Assembly: GCA_022778715.1 (NCBI GenBank)
Contig: JALFRW010000033.1
Span: 19,465 to 83,464 of the forward strand
Reading direction: 5' to 3'
DNA length: 64,000 nt
DNA from: Ezakiella sp.
Lineage (GTDB): Bacteria; Bacillota; Clostridia; Tissierellales; Peptoniphilaceae
The notes below the pieces were generated by a model, which searched no databases, was not told the origin of the DNA, and saw only the letters and a program-made list of their open reading frames with translations. The translations under genes were made by a program, and so were the position numbers. Below, one piece after another: positions 1 through 8,895 of this stretch (positions are counted from its first letter, which is position 1; the number at the start of each line of letters is the position of its first letter).

Positions 1-1279
1 CGGTGATGCAAGATGGATTGATCAGAAATGTACTTATGATGTAGTTTCAATTATTGCAGACTGTATAATAGAGTACGTAGATCAAAGTGATCTTAAAGAA
101 TTTACTGTTTCTGATATATGGCATAGTGAATATGCTAGAGAAAATGTAATTTCTATCTTTTCAAAGCCTGATCCAGAATTAAAAGCTGGAAATGAATATG
201 ACAAGTATTTTGGACAACCAATAAAATTATTAGGTTATAGTAAGATTCTTGATGTAAGAAAAGAGAAGAACAGATATTACTATTCTATAAATAATAGGGA
301 GTTATTAGAGAAAATTGCTTTAAGACCGACAAATGCTTTGAACTTTTTGTATGAATATATAGTTAAGGTTTTAAAAGACAGTGGAATATGGGATTCTTTT
401 GAAGAGTTCTTTAAAATACAAACTAAAGAGTCTTATAAAGATGTTAGGGACACCTTTATAAGATTCACTATAAACAATACAAAAATAAATGGAGAAACAG
501 AATGTGGTAGGATTTTTACGAAAGTCATAAATCCTCTCGCTTTTAAATTAAAAAAACAAGGTACTGAGAGAGGTAGGATTTCTAAAAATACCATCACGCT
601 AAGTGATTTACAATATAATCGTGCCAACTGGAGAGATGAGCTAAGTGGCAAAGATAAGTCAATTACTAGAGCTGAACATGAGCTAACGGTTGCACAATTG
701 CAAGCCAGAGCTATGGCTAGTTATACGGTTAATAAGGCTAAAAAAGCAATGCGTAAATTTAATGATAGTATTTATAATGGAAAATCTGAAGTTTATCAAG
801 CAACTGAGATGGTAAATGCAACTCAAGCACACCATATTTTTACTCAATCAGACTATCCAACTATTGCAGATTATGTTGAAAACTTGATAATGCTAACACC
901 AAATCAACATTATTCAATGGCTCATCCTAACAATAAAACACAATATGTGGATAAAGATTTTCAATATATATGTCTTATTGCAAAATCAACCAAAATATAT
1001 CTAGATTTAACCTCTGAGAAAGAGGATAAGTTCTATGATTTTGAAGATTATAAATTTGTATTAAATACTGGCCTTGAGACAGAAGATTTTACTTCTATAA
1101 GTTATTTAGACTTTGCAAGCATAATAGAGAAGATTGATTATTACTATATAGACAATATTAGCAACAACAAATATTATAAATTAATAAATGACAATAAATT
1201 AGACAGAAATTCTATTTATTTAAGTAGTTTAAATGATGCTAAGATGGTTGCAGAAGATATTAGTGATTATGGAATCTAA
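1..1279 (+). CDS. HNH-motif nuclease, probable restriction-type endonuclease (5' end outside window)
   Basis: Frame 2 is open from nt 2, so the listed Met at 338 is internal. The C-terminal half has a classical HNH pattern, AHHIF...ENLIMLTPNQH (about nt 830-930). The N-terminal part is unassigned. Confidence 0.6.
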   Translation, partial: GDARWIDQKCTYDVVSIIADCIIEYVDQSDLKEFTVSDIWHSEYARENVISIFSKPDPELKAGNEYDKYFGQPIKLLGYSKILDVRKEKNRYYYSINNRELLEKIALRPTNALNFLYEYIVKVLKDSGIWDSFEEFFKIQTKESYKDVRDTFIRFTINNTKINGETECGRIFTKVINPLAFKLKKQGTERGRISKNTITLSDLQYNRANWRDELSGKDKSITRAEHELTVAQLQARAMASYTVNKAKKAMRKFNDSIYNGKSEVYQATEMVNATQAHHIFTQSDYPTIADYVENLIMLTPNQHYSMAHPNNKTQYVDKDFQYICLIAKSTKIYLDLTSEKEDKFYDFEDYKFVLNTGLETEDFTSISYLDFASIIEKIDYYYIDNISNNKYYKLINDNKLDRNSIYLSSLNDAKMVAEDISDYGI

Positions 1280-1315
1280 TAATAAAAGCTTATCTTGCTT
1301 TAGAAAGGAGGGAGT

Positions 1316-2344
1316 ATGAATCAAGAAGAATATTATATGTCATTGCCTAAAGATTTATCAGGAAGTATAACAAAAAATAGATTTAGAATGGAATTATTAT
1401 GGGGTGTAAGTAAAATTATTGATGCCCATAAAGAAAGTGAAGATTATTCGGTAATATTTGATTTTAAATGTGATATTGAATTACACAAAGAACAAGAGAT
1501 GTTTTTTTATCAAATAAAAACAAGAAAATCTGGAAATTTTAATGAAAATAATTTGTGCAAAATAAATAATAAAGAAAATAATTCTATTTTAGGCAAGTTA
1601 TATGCTCTTTACTCTCCTAATCAAAATATAAAATTGGCTATAGTCTGTAATAGACCACTTAAAATAAGAAAAAAAGATATTGATTTTTACGAAAAATGTT
1701 TTGGAGAAATTGACAAAGATGCAATTGATGAAATAAAAAATAAGTTGTGTATAGAATTAAACATAGAATCAGTAAATGTAGATAATGTGTTTTATATATT
1801 TGATGAGATGGATTTTCAACACCCTGAAGATGCAATAAAAGGTAAATTAATAAGTTCTTTTGAAGAAATAAAAAATGAAGAGCCACAAAATCCGAATGCA
1901 CTTTATAGATTGGTTATGGACACGGTGAAACAGAAAGCGGCATATGAGTTAGATGTAAAGGATTATGATGAAGTAAAAAAGAAAAAGGGCATTACTCGAA
2001 CTGAGTTTGATAGAATGTTAGATTCTCATAAAAAAGAATCGAAAAATGGGATTAATGAAACACAAAATTTTATCAATACATTGTCATTAAGAAGACAAAG
2101 AAAATATAATATTGCATTAAGTGATTTGCTAGAAATTCAAAATACTGAGAGTTTGCGTTTAATAAGGGTACAAATTTTTAATTATATTCGCGAAAATGAA
2201 GATTCATTTATTGATGAAGAAGATTATTTAAATAAAATATCTAGAGTCTTCAATAATGATTTTAATATTGAAATAACAAATGATATGAAAGACGTGCAAT
2301 ATTTAATAGTTTATTTTATTTATGCGACTGGAGGGGAAATATAA
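1316..2344 (+). CDS. LmuA-like effector with N-terminal Cap4/DUF4297-type PD-(D/E)xK nuclease domain
   Basis: AGGAGG RBS 5 nt before the ATG. The N-terminus has IFDF...DIELHK...FYQIKTRK, a D..ExK..K-like pattern typical of DUF4297. Its stop overlaps the start of the next ORF. Confidence 0.6.
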   Translation: MNQEEYYMSLPKDLSGSITKNRFRMELLWGVSKIIDAHKESEDYSVIFDFKCDIELHKEQEMFFYQIKTRKSGNFNENNLCKINNKENNSILGKLYALYSPNQNIKLAIVCNRPLKIRKKDIDFYEKCFGEIDKDAIDEIKNKLCIELNIESVNVDNVFYIFDEMDFQHPEDAIKGKLISSFEEIKNEEPQNPNALYRLVMDTVKQKAAYELDVKDYDEVKKKKGITRTEFDRMLDSHKKESKNGINETQNFINTLSLRRQRKYNIALSDLLEIQNTESLRLIRVQIFNYIRENEDSFIDEEDYLNKISRVFNNDFNIEITNDMKDVQYLIVYFIYATGGEI

Positions 2345-4026
2345 TGGATTTAACTTTTGATCAAATATACATCTTTGATATAAATAAAGAAGAAGCATAT
2401 ACACAAACTTTTTACAAAGGATTAAATATCATTACTTCCAGTGAAGTTGACGGAACTGACAGAGGAAAGTCCGTGTTACTTAGAAGTTTATATCATTCTT
2501 TAGGAGCTGAAGCGAACTTTGATTCAAAATGGAATGAAAAAGATAAAGTATATATTCTTAAATTTAGTGTAGATGATAATAAGTATTCAATTTATAGGTC
2601 AAAAAGACTCTTTAAGATATTCGATAATAAAAATCAATTGATTTTCAAAACTATTCATAGAACTGAATTATCAATTTTTTTGGGCGAATTATTTGGTTTT
2701 ACTATTTTTTTACCAAATAAGAATACAAAACAATTAGAAGTTGCACCTCCCGTGTATAGTTTCATTTTAAATTATTTGGATCAAGATAAATACGACGGAA
2801 CTAAATTCAGTTCTTTTAATAATCTTGCTCAATATAGTAATTTTAAAATAAATGTAATATACACGCACTTAGGTATATATAATAAAGATTACTTTGAACT
2901 AATTAAGCAAAAGGAAGAAATAGAAAGTAAAATTAAAATCACTAAAGAGGAGATACAGGAATTAGACAAGTTAAAGAATAGAACTTTAGCAATGCTTAAG
3001 GGATTTTCTTGTCCAGAAAGTAGTAATGCTTTAGAAAATGAATTAAAAATCGAAACAAAAGAGTATTCTAGATTGATGAATGAAATTAGTGAAATTAGAA
3101 ATAAACTTGTGGATTTAAGAAATCAATTAGAGGAACAAAAAATTGCCTTGAATCAGATTGATAGATTTGCAAAAAAACAAGAAAAAGAAATAAAAAATAT
3201 TTTATTAACACATATATGTCCAGAGTGCCACACTATTTTAAACGATACTATAAATATAAGGAGCAAGAGATATAACAATGTTGATAACGCGATAGATTTA
3301 AAAGATACAATTAATGTAGAAAGCATTAAAATCAAAGAAGAAATTGAAAAATATGAAAAAGACTATTCTGAGTTGGCGGCTCACTTGAAAGAACATAATG
3401 AAAAAATATCTAGTAATAGAAAGGAAATCAATAACTATATAAAATTTAAAGGACTAAATGACTTAATAGATAAAATAAATGAGGATCTATTATTTAATAA
3501 TGGCATGGTCGTACAAGCACAAGATGATATTAAACCTATAAAAAAAGAAATAAAAGAAATTAGTCAAAGGATTAAATCTGTTGACGAAGATTATTATTAT
3601 TTAATCGATAAATTGAAAAATAGATTTAATTTAAATGAATTAGATGATACAAACTATCAGAATTTATCTAAAAATTTTTGTGCTAGTGGTAGTAACAAAC
3701 CTTTATCCACTGTTATATGGTATCTAACACTTAATGATTTAAAACAAAAGTACAATTCTAAAGAAATTGAATTTCCAATGGTGTTTGATAGTCCAAATAA
3801 TGTTGAAACCGATCAAGAGAAAAAGATGGCTTTAATTAAATTTATTTTAGAATCATCAAATAAATTCAATCAGATGATAATATCATCTATAGGGTTTTCT
3901 AAAGATGAATATGAAATAGATTCTGAAGTTCATATTAATATTTTAGACAATGATAAATATCATCTGTTAAATGAGCCTGACTATATTCAAAACTATGAAA
4001 TTTTGAAATATATGAATGATGCATAA
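2344..4026 (+). CDS. LmuB-like SMC/Rad50-like ATPase (DUF3732-like) with central CxxC hook
   Basis: N-terminal P-loop-like DGTDRGKS. About 250 aa of K/E/L/I-rich, coiled-coil-like sequence with CPEC at aa 292-295. C-terminal FPMVFDSPNN is Walker-B-like. TAATG overlap with the upstream ORF. Confidence 0.6.
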   Translation: MDLTFDQIYIFDINKEEAYTQTFYKGLNIITSSEVDGTDRGKSVLLRSLYHSLGAEANFDSKWNEKDKVYILKFSVDDNKYSIYRSKRLFKIFDNKNQLIFKTIHRTELSIFLGELFGFTIFLPNKNTKQLEVAPPVYSFILNYLDQDKYDGTKFSSFNNLAQYSNFKINVIYTHLGIYNKDYFELIKQKEEIESKIKITKEEIQELDKLKNRTLAMLKGFSCPESSNALENELKIETKEYSRLMNEISEIRNKLVDLRNQLEEQKIALNQIDRFAKKQEKEIKNILLTHICPECHTILNDTINIRSKRYNNVDNAIDLKDTINVESIKIKEEIEKYEKDYSELAAHLKEHNEKISSNRKEINNYIKFKGLNDLIDKINEDLLFNNGMVVQAQDDIKPIKKEIKEISQRIKSVDEDYYYLIDKLKNRFNLNELDDTNYQNLSKNFCASGSNKPLSTVIWYLTLNDLKQKYNSKEIEFPMVFDSPNNVETDQEKKMALIKFILESSNKFNQMIISSIGFSKDEYEIDSEVHINILDNDKYHLLNEPDYIQNYEILKYMNDA

Positions 4027-4034
4027 AAATGCAG

Positions 4035-5366
4035 CTACCTTTCCACTTCCTTCCTATAATAATTTTCATAGTTTTTTCTATACTGAACAAGATCGGAAAG
4101 TTGTTCTTTATTCAAAGAATACTCTTGCATAAGGGTGTTCTTTTTTTCTTGCAATTTATCGAGTTTGGTTAGTATTTCTTTTGTATTTGGCAGTTTTTTA
4201 TAGTTTTCTAAGATTTCTTTTGCAGCTATTTTATAGACAGAAAGTTCACTATAATATTCTTCCGCAAATTGCTTATCTTGAGGATTTTTCTTATGGTATT
4301 TATAGATTTCACGATACTTATTTATAGTATTTATATTTTCCATATCTTGGGATAAACTCTTCATTTCAGTTTCAATTTTCTTTATTTTATCTAACAAATC
4401 TTGTCTATCATAAGCAGATTTTTTGATTATATCATCGAGTTGAGTGATTGAATTAATTCCTTGCTCTCTAAGTTTAATTATTGAATCAGCCATTGTTTTG
4501 ATATTGTGCTTTCTTGCCCATACTTCATAACCTTTTGAGGATTGAGCTTTTTTATTAGTAGATATATCAATAACATTTCCTACTCGTTTTTTAATAGGAT
4601 TAGCTTTGTTTTTAATAGCTAAATCTATTCTTTCTTTGATTTTTTCTTCGGTATAATCTTCCCCGATAGTCTTTGCTCTTGTAAATCTTTGCTTATCTTT
4701 ATGACGAAAAGCAATGTGTTTACCAAATTTAATTTCATAATCAAGAGATTTCATATTTTCTAAAAATTCTTCCCACGATTTAGACTTATTAATCATTCTA
4801 TCTATATCAAATTGCAGTTTAGACTTCCAAGAATTTCCTTTCTTATTTTGGTCATATTCGTACCAAGATTTACCAGCAGTTTTATATTTTCTTTTGTAAG
4901 CTTCATAATATTCATCAATGACTGAAAGCTTATTTTCTTTACACAATTCATCACTTTGATACCTGATTTTATGGTAAGTTTTTTTGTTAGATTGGTAGCA
5001 TTTACCAGTCTTGTAATTAACATTATTAAAAATAATATGGTTATGGATATGCCCTCTATCAATATGAGTTGAAAGAACAAATTCATAATCTTCTTTTAAA
5101 ATTTTCTTGCATAACTCCATTCCAATTTCGTGAGCTTTTATAGGATCAACCTCTCCTGGTAGAAAAGATTGGATTAAATGTCTAGCCAAAACTTTACCTG
5201 TAGTATCATTATCTTCTCGTGTTTTCATAAATTGTATGTGGGCAGTAGATGGATGACATTTAAATGAAGATATCAAGATTTTTTCATCAGTTTTTTCACT
5301 CTTAGTTATATAGTCTATTGCCAAATTTAGGGTTGATTTTATAGGATGTATTTTTGTAATTGCCAT
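4035..5366 (-). CDS. Relaxase/mobilization nuclease (MobA/VirD2 family)
   Basis: N-terminal MAITKIHPIK and histidine triad HIDRGHIHNHIIFN. The ATG at 5366 lies 1 nt after the mobC stop. An alternative GTG start is at 5375. Confidence 0.85.
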   Translation of the reverse strand: MAITKIHPIKSTLNLAIDYITKSEKTDEKILISSFKCHPSTAHIQFMKTREDNDTTGKVLARHLIQSFLPGEVDPIKAHEIGMELCKKILKEDYEFVLSTHIDRGHIHNHIIFNNVNYKTGKCYQSNKKTYHKIRYQSDELCKENKLSVIDEYYEAYKRKYKTAGKSWYEYDQNKKGNSWKSKLQFDIDRMINKSKSWEEFLENMKSLDYEIKFGKHIAFRHKDKQRFTRAKTIGEDYTEEKIKERIDLAIKNKANPIKKRVGNVIDISTNKKAQSSKGYEVWARKHNIKTMADSIIKLREQGINSITQLDDIIKKSAYDRQDLLDKIKKIETEMKSLSQDMENINTINKYREIYKYHKKNPQDKQFAEEYYSELSVYKIAAKEILENYKKLPNTKEILTKLDKLQEKKNTLMQEYSLNKEQLSDLVQYRKNYENYYRKEVER

Positions 5367-5367
5367 A

Positions 5368-5724
5368 CTAATCACCAGAACTTTCTTTTGATTTATTTAG
5401 AAGTAGGGAATGAATCTGCCATATTTCTCTTGATAATTTTTCTATCTGCTTATTCATTGATTCAATTTCATTTTTGTAAATAACACCAGTTGTATTAGTA
5501 GCTTTTGCGATCTGGTTTATATTATTCGTAGCATTTGAAAGTAACCATTGTAGGTTTCTAAATGGTTCTAAATCTACAACATATATCTCTTTTTCTAATA
5601 CACATTTTCTAAGAAAATGGGACATTGTTTTGCAATTTGCAAGTTTCATTTTCTTTTCGAAAACTTCTTTTTCTTCCTTAGTTAGTTTTATTTCTATTCT
5701 TTCATTTCTAAATCTATTTGCCAT
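5368..5724 (-). CDS. mobC: MobC-family relaxosome accessory protein
   Basis: 118 aa immediately upstream of the relaxase. Typical MobC pattern (RxxRIEIKLTxEEK..., NNINQIAK). Confidence 0.8.
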   Translation of the reverse strand: MANRFRNERIEIKLTKEEKEVFEKKMKLANCKTMSHFLRKCVLEKEIYVVDLEPFRNLQWLLSNATNNINQIAKATNTTGVIYKNEIESMNKQIEKLSREIWQIHSLLLNKSKESSGD

Positions 5725-5786
5725 TTTATTCTCCTTTATAAAATAAATTTTGGGGTCTTAGGGTTCTCCCTAACAAGGTAAAAATT

Positions 5787-5821
5787 AAAAAAATGGAGCA
5801 TGCCATAAAGGTCTGCTCCAT
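5787..5821 (-). terminator. Hairpin with flanking A/T runs (intrinsic terminator of the 5900-7096 gene)
   Basis: ATGGAGCA (5793-5800) pairs with TGCTCCAT (5814-5821). An A6 run precedes it on the plus strand, which reads as a T-run on the minus strand. Confidence 0.5.
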
Positions 5822-5831
5822 TAATTTTTTC

Positions 5832-5851
5832 GTAAGTGTCCGTACACTTAC
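5832..5851. other. Candidate oriT inverted repeat
   Basis: Perfect 8-bp inverted repeat GTAAGTGT-ccgt-ACACTTAC upstream of mobC. TAAGTG-like cores occur at nic regions of MOBQ-type oriTs. Confidence 0.35.
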
Positions 5852-5899
5852 TGTGCTTGCTATTAAAGTTATAAGCGTTAAGCGTGTATTAAGTTGTCT

Positions 5900-7096
5900 C
5901 TAATCTTCAGCTATAAAATTAAATTTCTCAGCAATAGGTTCTCCATCATTATACAACCATGATTCTCTTGAACCAAAGATATTAGCAAATTTATTGAAAA
6001 ACAGGTACATAGATGATTGATAAGATGTATTTATATCCCACTTAACAAATTGAGACTTAATGATATTTTGCTTTATGGGTTCAGAAAGTTCTCCAAAACC
6101 TGAAGTTCTTGAGTAATAATCTTTAACATTTAATAAGGTAAAAGAAATATAGAATCCAGTTCCTAATCTTTGTTTATACAGTTCTTTGCAATAATTATAT
6201 ATTTTTTTAGCAATAATTTTTTCAAAATTATCCCAGCAGTAAATCATTTTAGGATTTTCATCCACATCATATTTCATCAAATAAATTTCTCCAATTTCTA
6301 AATTGCCATTAGAAAAAATTTGTATATATGTTGATAAGAGATCTTTATGATTTCTTCGAGTTTTGATTAACCCATTTGCATTATAATTTACTGAACCATG
6401 GTGACCATCGGGATTGAAAATATCTAAATTATCATTATATTCACAAGCTTTTAGATCAATATATGTTCTTTCATCAAATGAAACTTCAGGTAAAATGTGT
6501 ATTAATAATAAAGGTGATGTTATTAAGGTATCATCTACCTCACTATTTAAAATACTAGAGATTCTTTCGCTTCTGAAACTTTCTAATTTTTGTTGCCTAT
6601 TGCTTAGAGAATCAAAACTATTTTTCAAATCATTGTATCTCATTTGAATGGAAGTATTTCCATTTCTTATATAAAATTCATGGTTACTACCAGTGTTATA
6701 TGCGTGTGGTTTTAATACACTTCTAGGGACATCTATGATAATGCAATTAGTATCATCTCTAACTTCAACAAGTTCCGTTTTTATCCCATAGAGAGAAGGG
6801 ATAATGTTTACAGAAAGTTTATTTCTTAAAGCTTGCTCCCACATTTCGAATGTATCTTTGTTCACACCTACATCAGATAATTCTGAAGGATTATGGTTGT
6901 TGTCTTCCTTTAATCCTAATATTATTCTTCCACCATTATAGTTAGCTAAGGCACATATTTCTTTAAATAATTTAGCAAGTTCTTTTTGATCTAGACTTGT
7001 TAATTTACCGTTTGTAAAATAGTAATCTTTATATTCTAATGTATCACTTTCGGATATTTTTTCAGATATAATTTCTTCCAAAAATTCTCTACTCAT
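5900..7096 (-). CDS. AlbA_2 (Schlafen-like) domain protein with unassigned C-terminal domain
   Basis: N-terminus ESDTLEYKD...LAKLFKEICALANYNGGRIILGL matches the AlbA_2 divergent-AAA pattern. GGAGG RBS 5 nt before the ATG at 7096. The listed TTG start at 7108 lies within that RBS. Confidence 0.6.
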   Translation of the reverse strand: MSREFLEEIISEKISESDTLEYKDYYFTNGKLTSLDQKELAKLFKEICALANYNGGRIILGLKEDNNHNPSELSDVGVNKDTFEMWEQALRNKLSVNIIPSLYGIKTELVEVRDDTNCIIIDVPRSVLKPHAYNTGSNHEFYIRNGNTSIQMRYNDLKNSFDSLSNRQQKLESFRSERISSILNSEVDDTLITSPLLLIHILPEVSFDERTYIDLKACEYNDNLDIFNPDGHHGSVNYNANGLIKTRRNHKDLLSTYIQIFSNGNLEIGEIYLMKYDVDENPKMIYCWDNFEKIIAKKIYNYCKELYKQRLGTGFYISFTLLNVKDYYSRTSGFGELSEPIKQNIIKSQFVKWDINTSYQSSMYLFFNKFANIFGSRESWLYNDGEPIAEKFNFIAED

Positions 7097-7372
7097 AATT
7101 TCCTCCAAGTATAAATTTCATTCTACCTTTAAACACTGGGATACTAATCAAGAATACAATTAGATAATGTATAGAGGAATTTATCATCATATTTTTTGTT
7201 ATTGGTAATTGATGATAAGTTTGACCAATTATTTTAAAAGCACTTAGAGTGCTTATAATAAAATTCATTGTCAATCATAGGGCAATTGATAATTTTATTA
7301 TATGATAGATTGTAAAATTAAGTGCGACACCTCAAGTATCTATTTTGCAACAGTACCATTTTACTAGTATTA

Positions 7373-8587
7373 TTATTTAATATATTTTTGCAATATTTCT
7401 TTATATAAGTCTATAAATTTCAAATATCTATCTATATAAACAAATTCATCTACCTTATGGCTTACTTCTATGCCGCCTGGTCCATAGATAGCAAAGTCCA
7501 TTTTTTTATTTTTATTGAAGAAATTTGAACCATCTGTTGTACCTCTTGAAAATGTTGCAGAAACTGGTATCTCTTTTTTCTCTTTGATTTCATTTATAAA
7601 ATCTTCATTAAACACATCTGGATTGTTAATATTTTCTAATTTGTTAGTGTCAGCACACTGTCTAATTATCTTTATTAATTTTGAATTTGGATTTGATTGT
7701 ACTGGCATTGAAGATTGAGTAACTTCGAATTTTAAATTTCTATTATCTCCATTAAATTCATCTACTAATTTTTCTATAAAGTCTTTCATCATGTCATTAT
7801 CAAACTCTGGTATAGTCCTTATATTGCCGCTAAAGCTTGCATTATCAGGTATAGAATTGATTTGAGAGCCACCTTCTATTTGCGTGATGTTAAATATAGT
7901 ATGTCCAAAAATTTCATTTTCATAATTCTTGCAGATTTCTTCCATCTTGTTTTTTAGAATATTTCTAAAATCAAGTAAATTGTCTATGGCGTTTACTCCC
8001 ATTTCTGGCATTGAAGAGTGTGAAGCAAGGCCTTTTGAAGAAATTTTATAGTTGAATGAACCCATATGTGCATAAGTTATTTGTGAAATATTTCCTAGAT
8101 AAGCAGGCTCTCCTACTATAAGAGCATCTAAATCATCTGCATATCCTCTATTACTTAAATCTTCGGAACCATATTGACCAATTTCTTCACCTACAGTAAA
8201 TAAAAGCCTAATGGTACCCTCAAAATTCTCCTCTGCTAATTCTATAAAAGCGATAGTCATCGCCATAAGACCCGCCTTCATGTCAGATGTGCCACGTCCA
8301 TATAGTTTGTTGCCAACTATTTCTGCACCATATGGATCGTGTTGCCAATCAGAGCTCTTGCCCTCGCTTACCACATCCATGTGACCTGTAAGTCCAATTT
8401 TTTTACCTCCATTGGAAAATTCTGCTACAAGAGATGCACGATTCTTATCATATTGAATAAGCTCGGTTTTTATATTTTCACCCTTAAGCATATTCATCAA
8501 ATATTGTGCAACTAAAAGCTCATTACCATTTACTGATTTGATTTTTATAATATCCCTGAGGGCTTGAATTTTTTCTTCTCTATTCAT
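7373..8587 (-). CDS. M20-family metallopeptidase (ArgE/DapE-type deacylase)
   Basis: Motifs HMDVV, GRGTSDMKAG and GEEIG. AAGGAG RBS 8 nt upstream of the ATG at 8587. Confidence 0.85.
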   Translation of the reverse strand: MNREEKIQALRDIIKIKSVNGNELLVAQYLMNMLKGENIKTELIQYDKNRASLVAEFSNGGKKIGLTGHMDVVSEGKSSDWQHDPYGAEIVGNKLYGRGTSDMKAGLMAMTIAFIELAEENFEGTIRLLFTVGEEIGQYGSEDLSNRGYADDLDALIVGEPAYLGNISQITYAHMGSFNYKISSKGLASHSSMPEMGVNAIDNLLDFRNILKNKMEEICKNYENEIFGHTIFNITQIEGGSQINSIPDNASFSGNIRTIPEFDNDMMKDFIEKLVDEFNGDNRNLKFEVTQSSMPVQSNPNSKLIKIIRQCADTNKLENINNPDVFNEDFINEIKEKKEIPVSATFSRGTTDGSNFFNKNKKMDFAIYGPGGIEVSHKVDEFVYIDRYLKFIDLYKEILQKYIK

Positions 8588-8895
8588 ATAATCACTCCTT
8601 AAATAATATAGTATAAATTTCATAGCTTATAAGATAATTCTTATCTAGAAGTTTAGTTAGAATTTCTAACCACTGATAATTTATTTCCAATTATTTATAC
8701 CCAATTTTACTAGTTCTTAAGAGGTTTTTAGTATTGTATAATTCCAAAGAAAATAATCGTATAATTATGAAAAAACAAATTATTTGATGCTATTTTTATT
8801 GACCAGGTAATTTTATACTCTTAAAGTCATCAGAAAATAAATATTATTGACTCTGCTAGGGTATAAATCTAATAATTCCAATAAAGGAGAAGATT

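Larger units (their letters stand above)
1..7370. mobile_element. Fragment of a mobilizable, defense-carrying genomic island (left end outside window)
   Basis: Relaxase, MobC and an oriT-like repeat sit with nuclease/ATPase cargo. GC is visibly lower (about 28% in sampled lines) than in the adjacent M20 gene and the core genes. Confidence 0.45.

Noticed and set aside
7089-7274. 61-aa minus-strand ORF upstream of the AlbA_2 gene
   Set aside because: It overlaps the AlbA_2 start and RBS, has a hydrophobic low-complexity sequence and no RBS.
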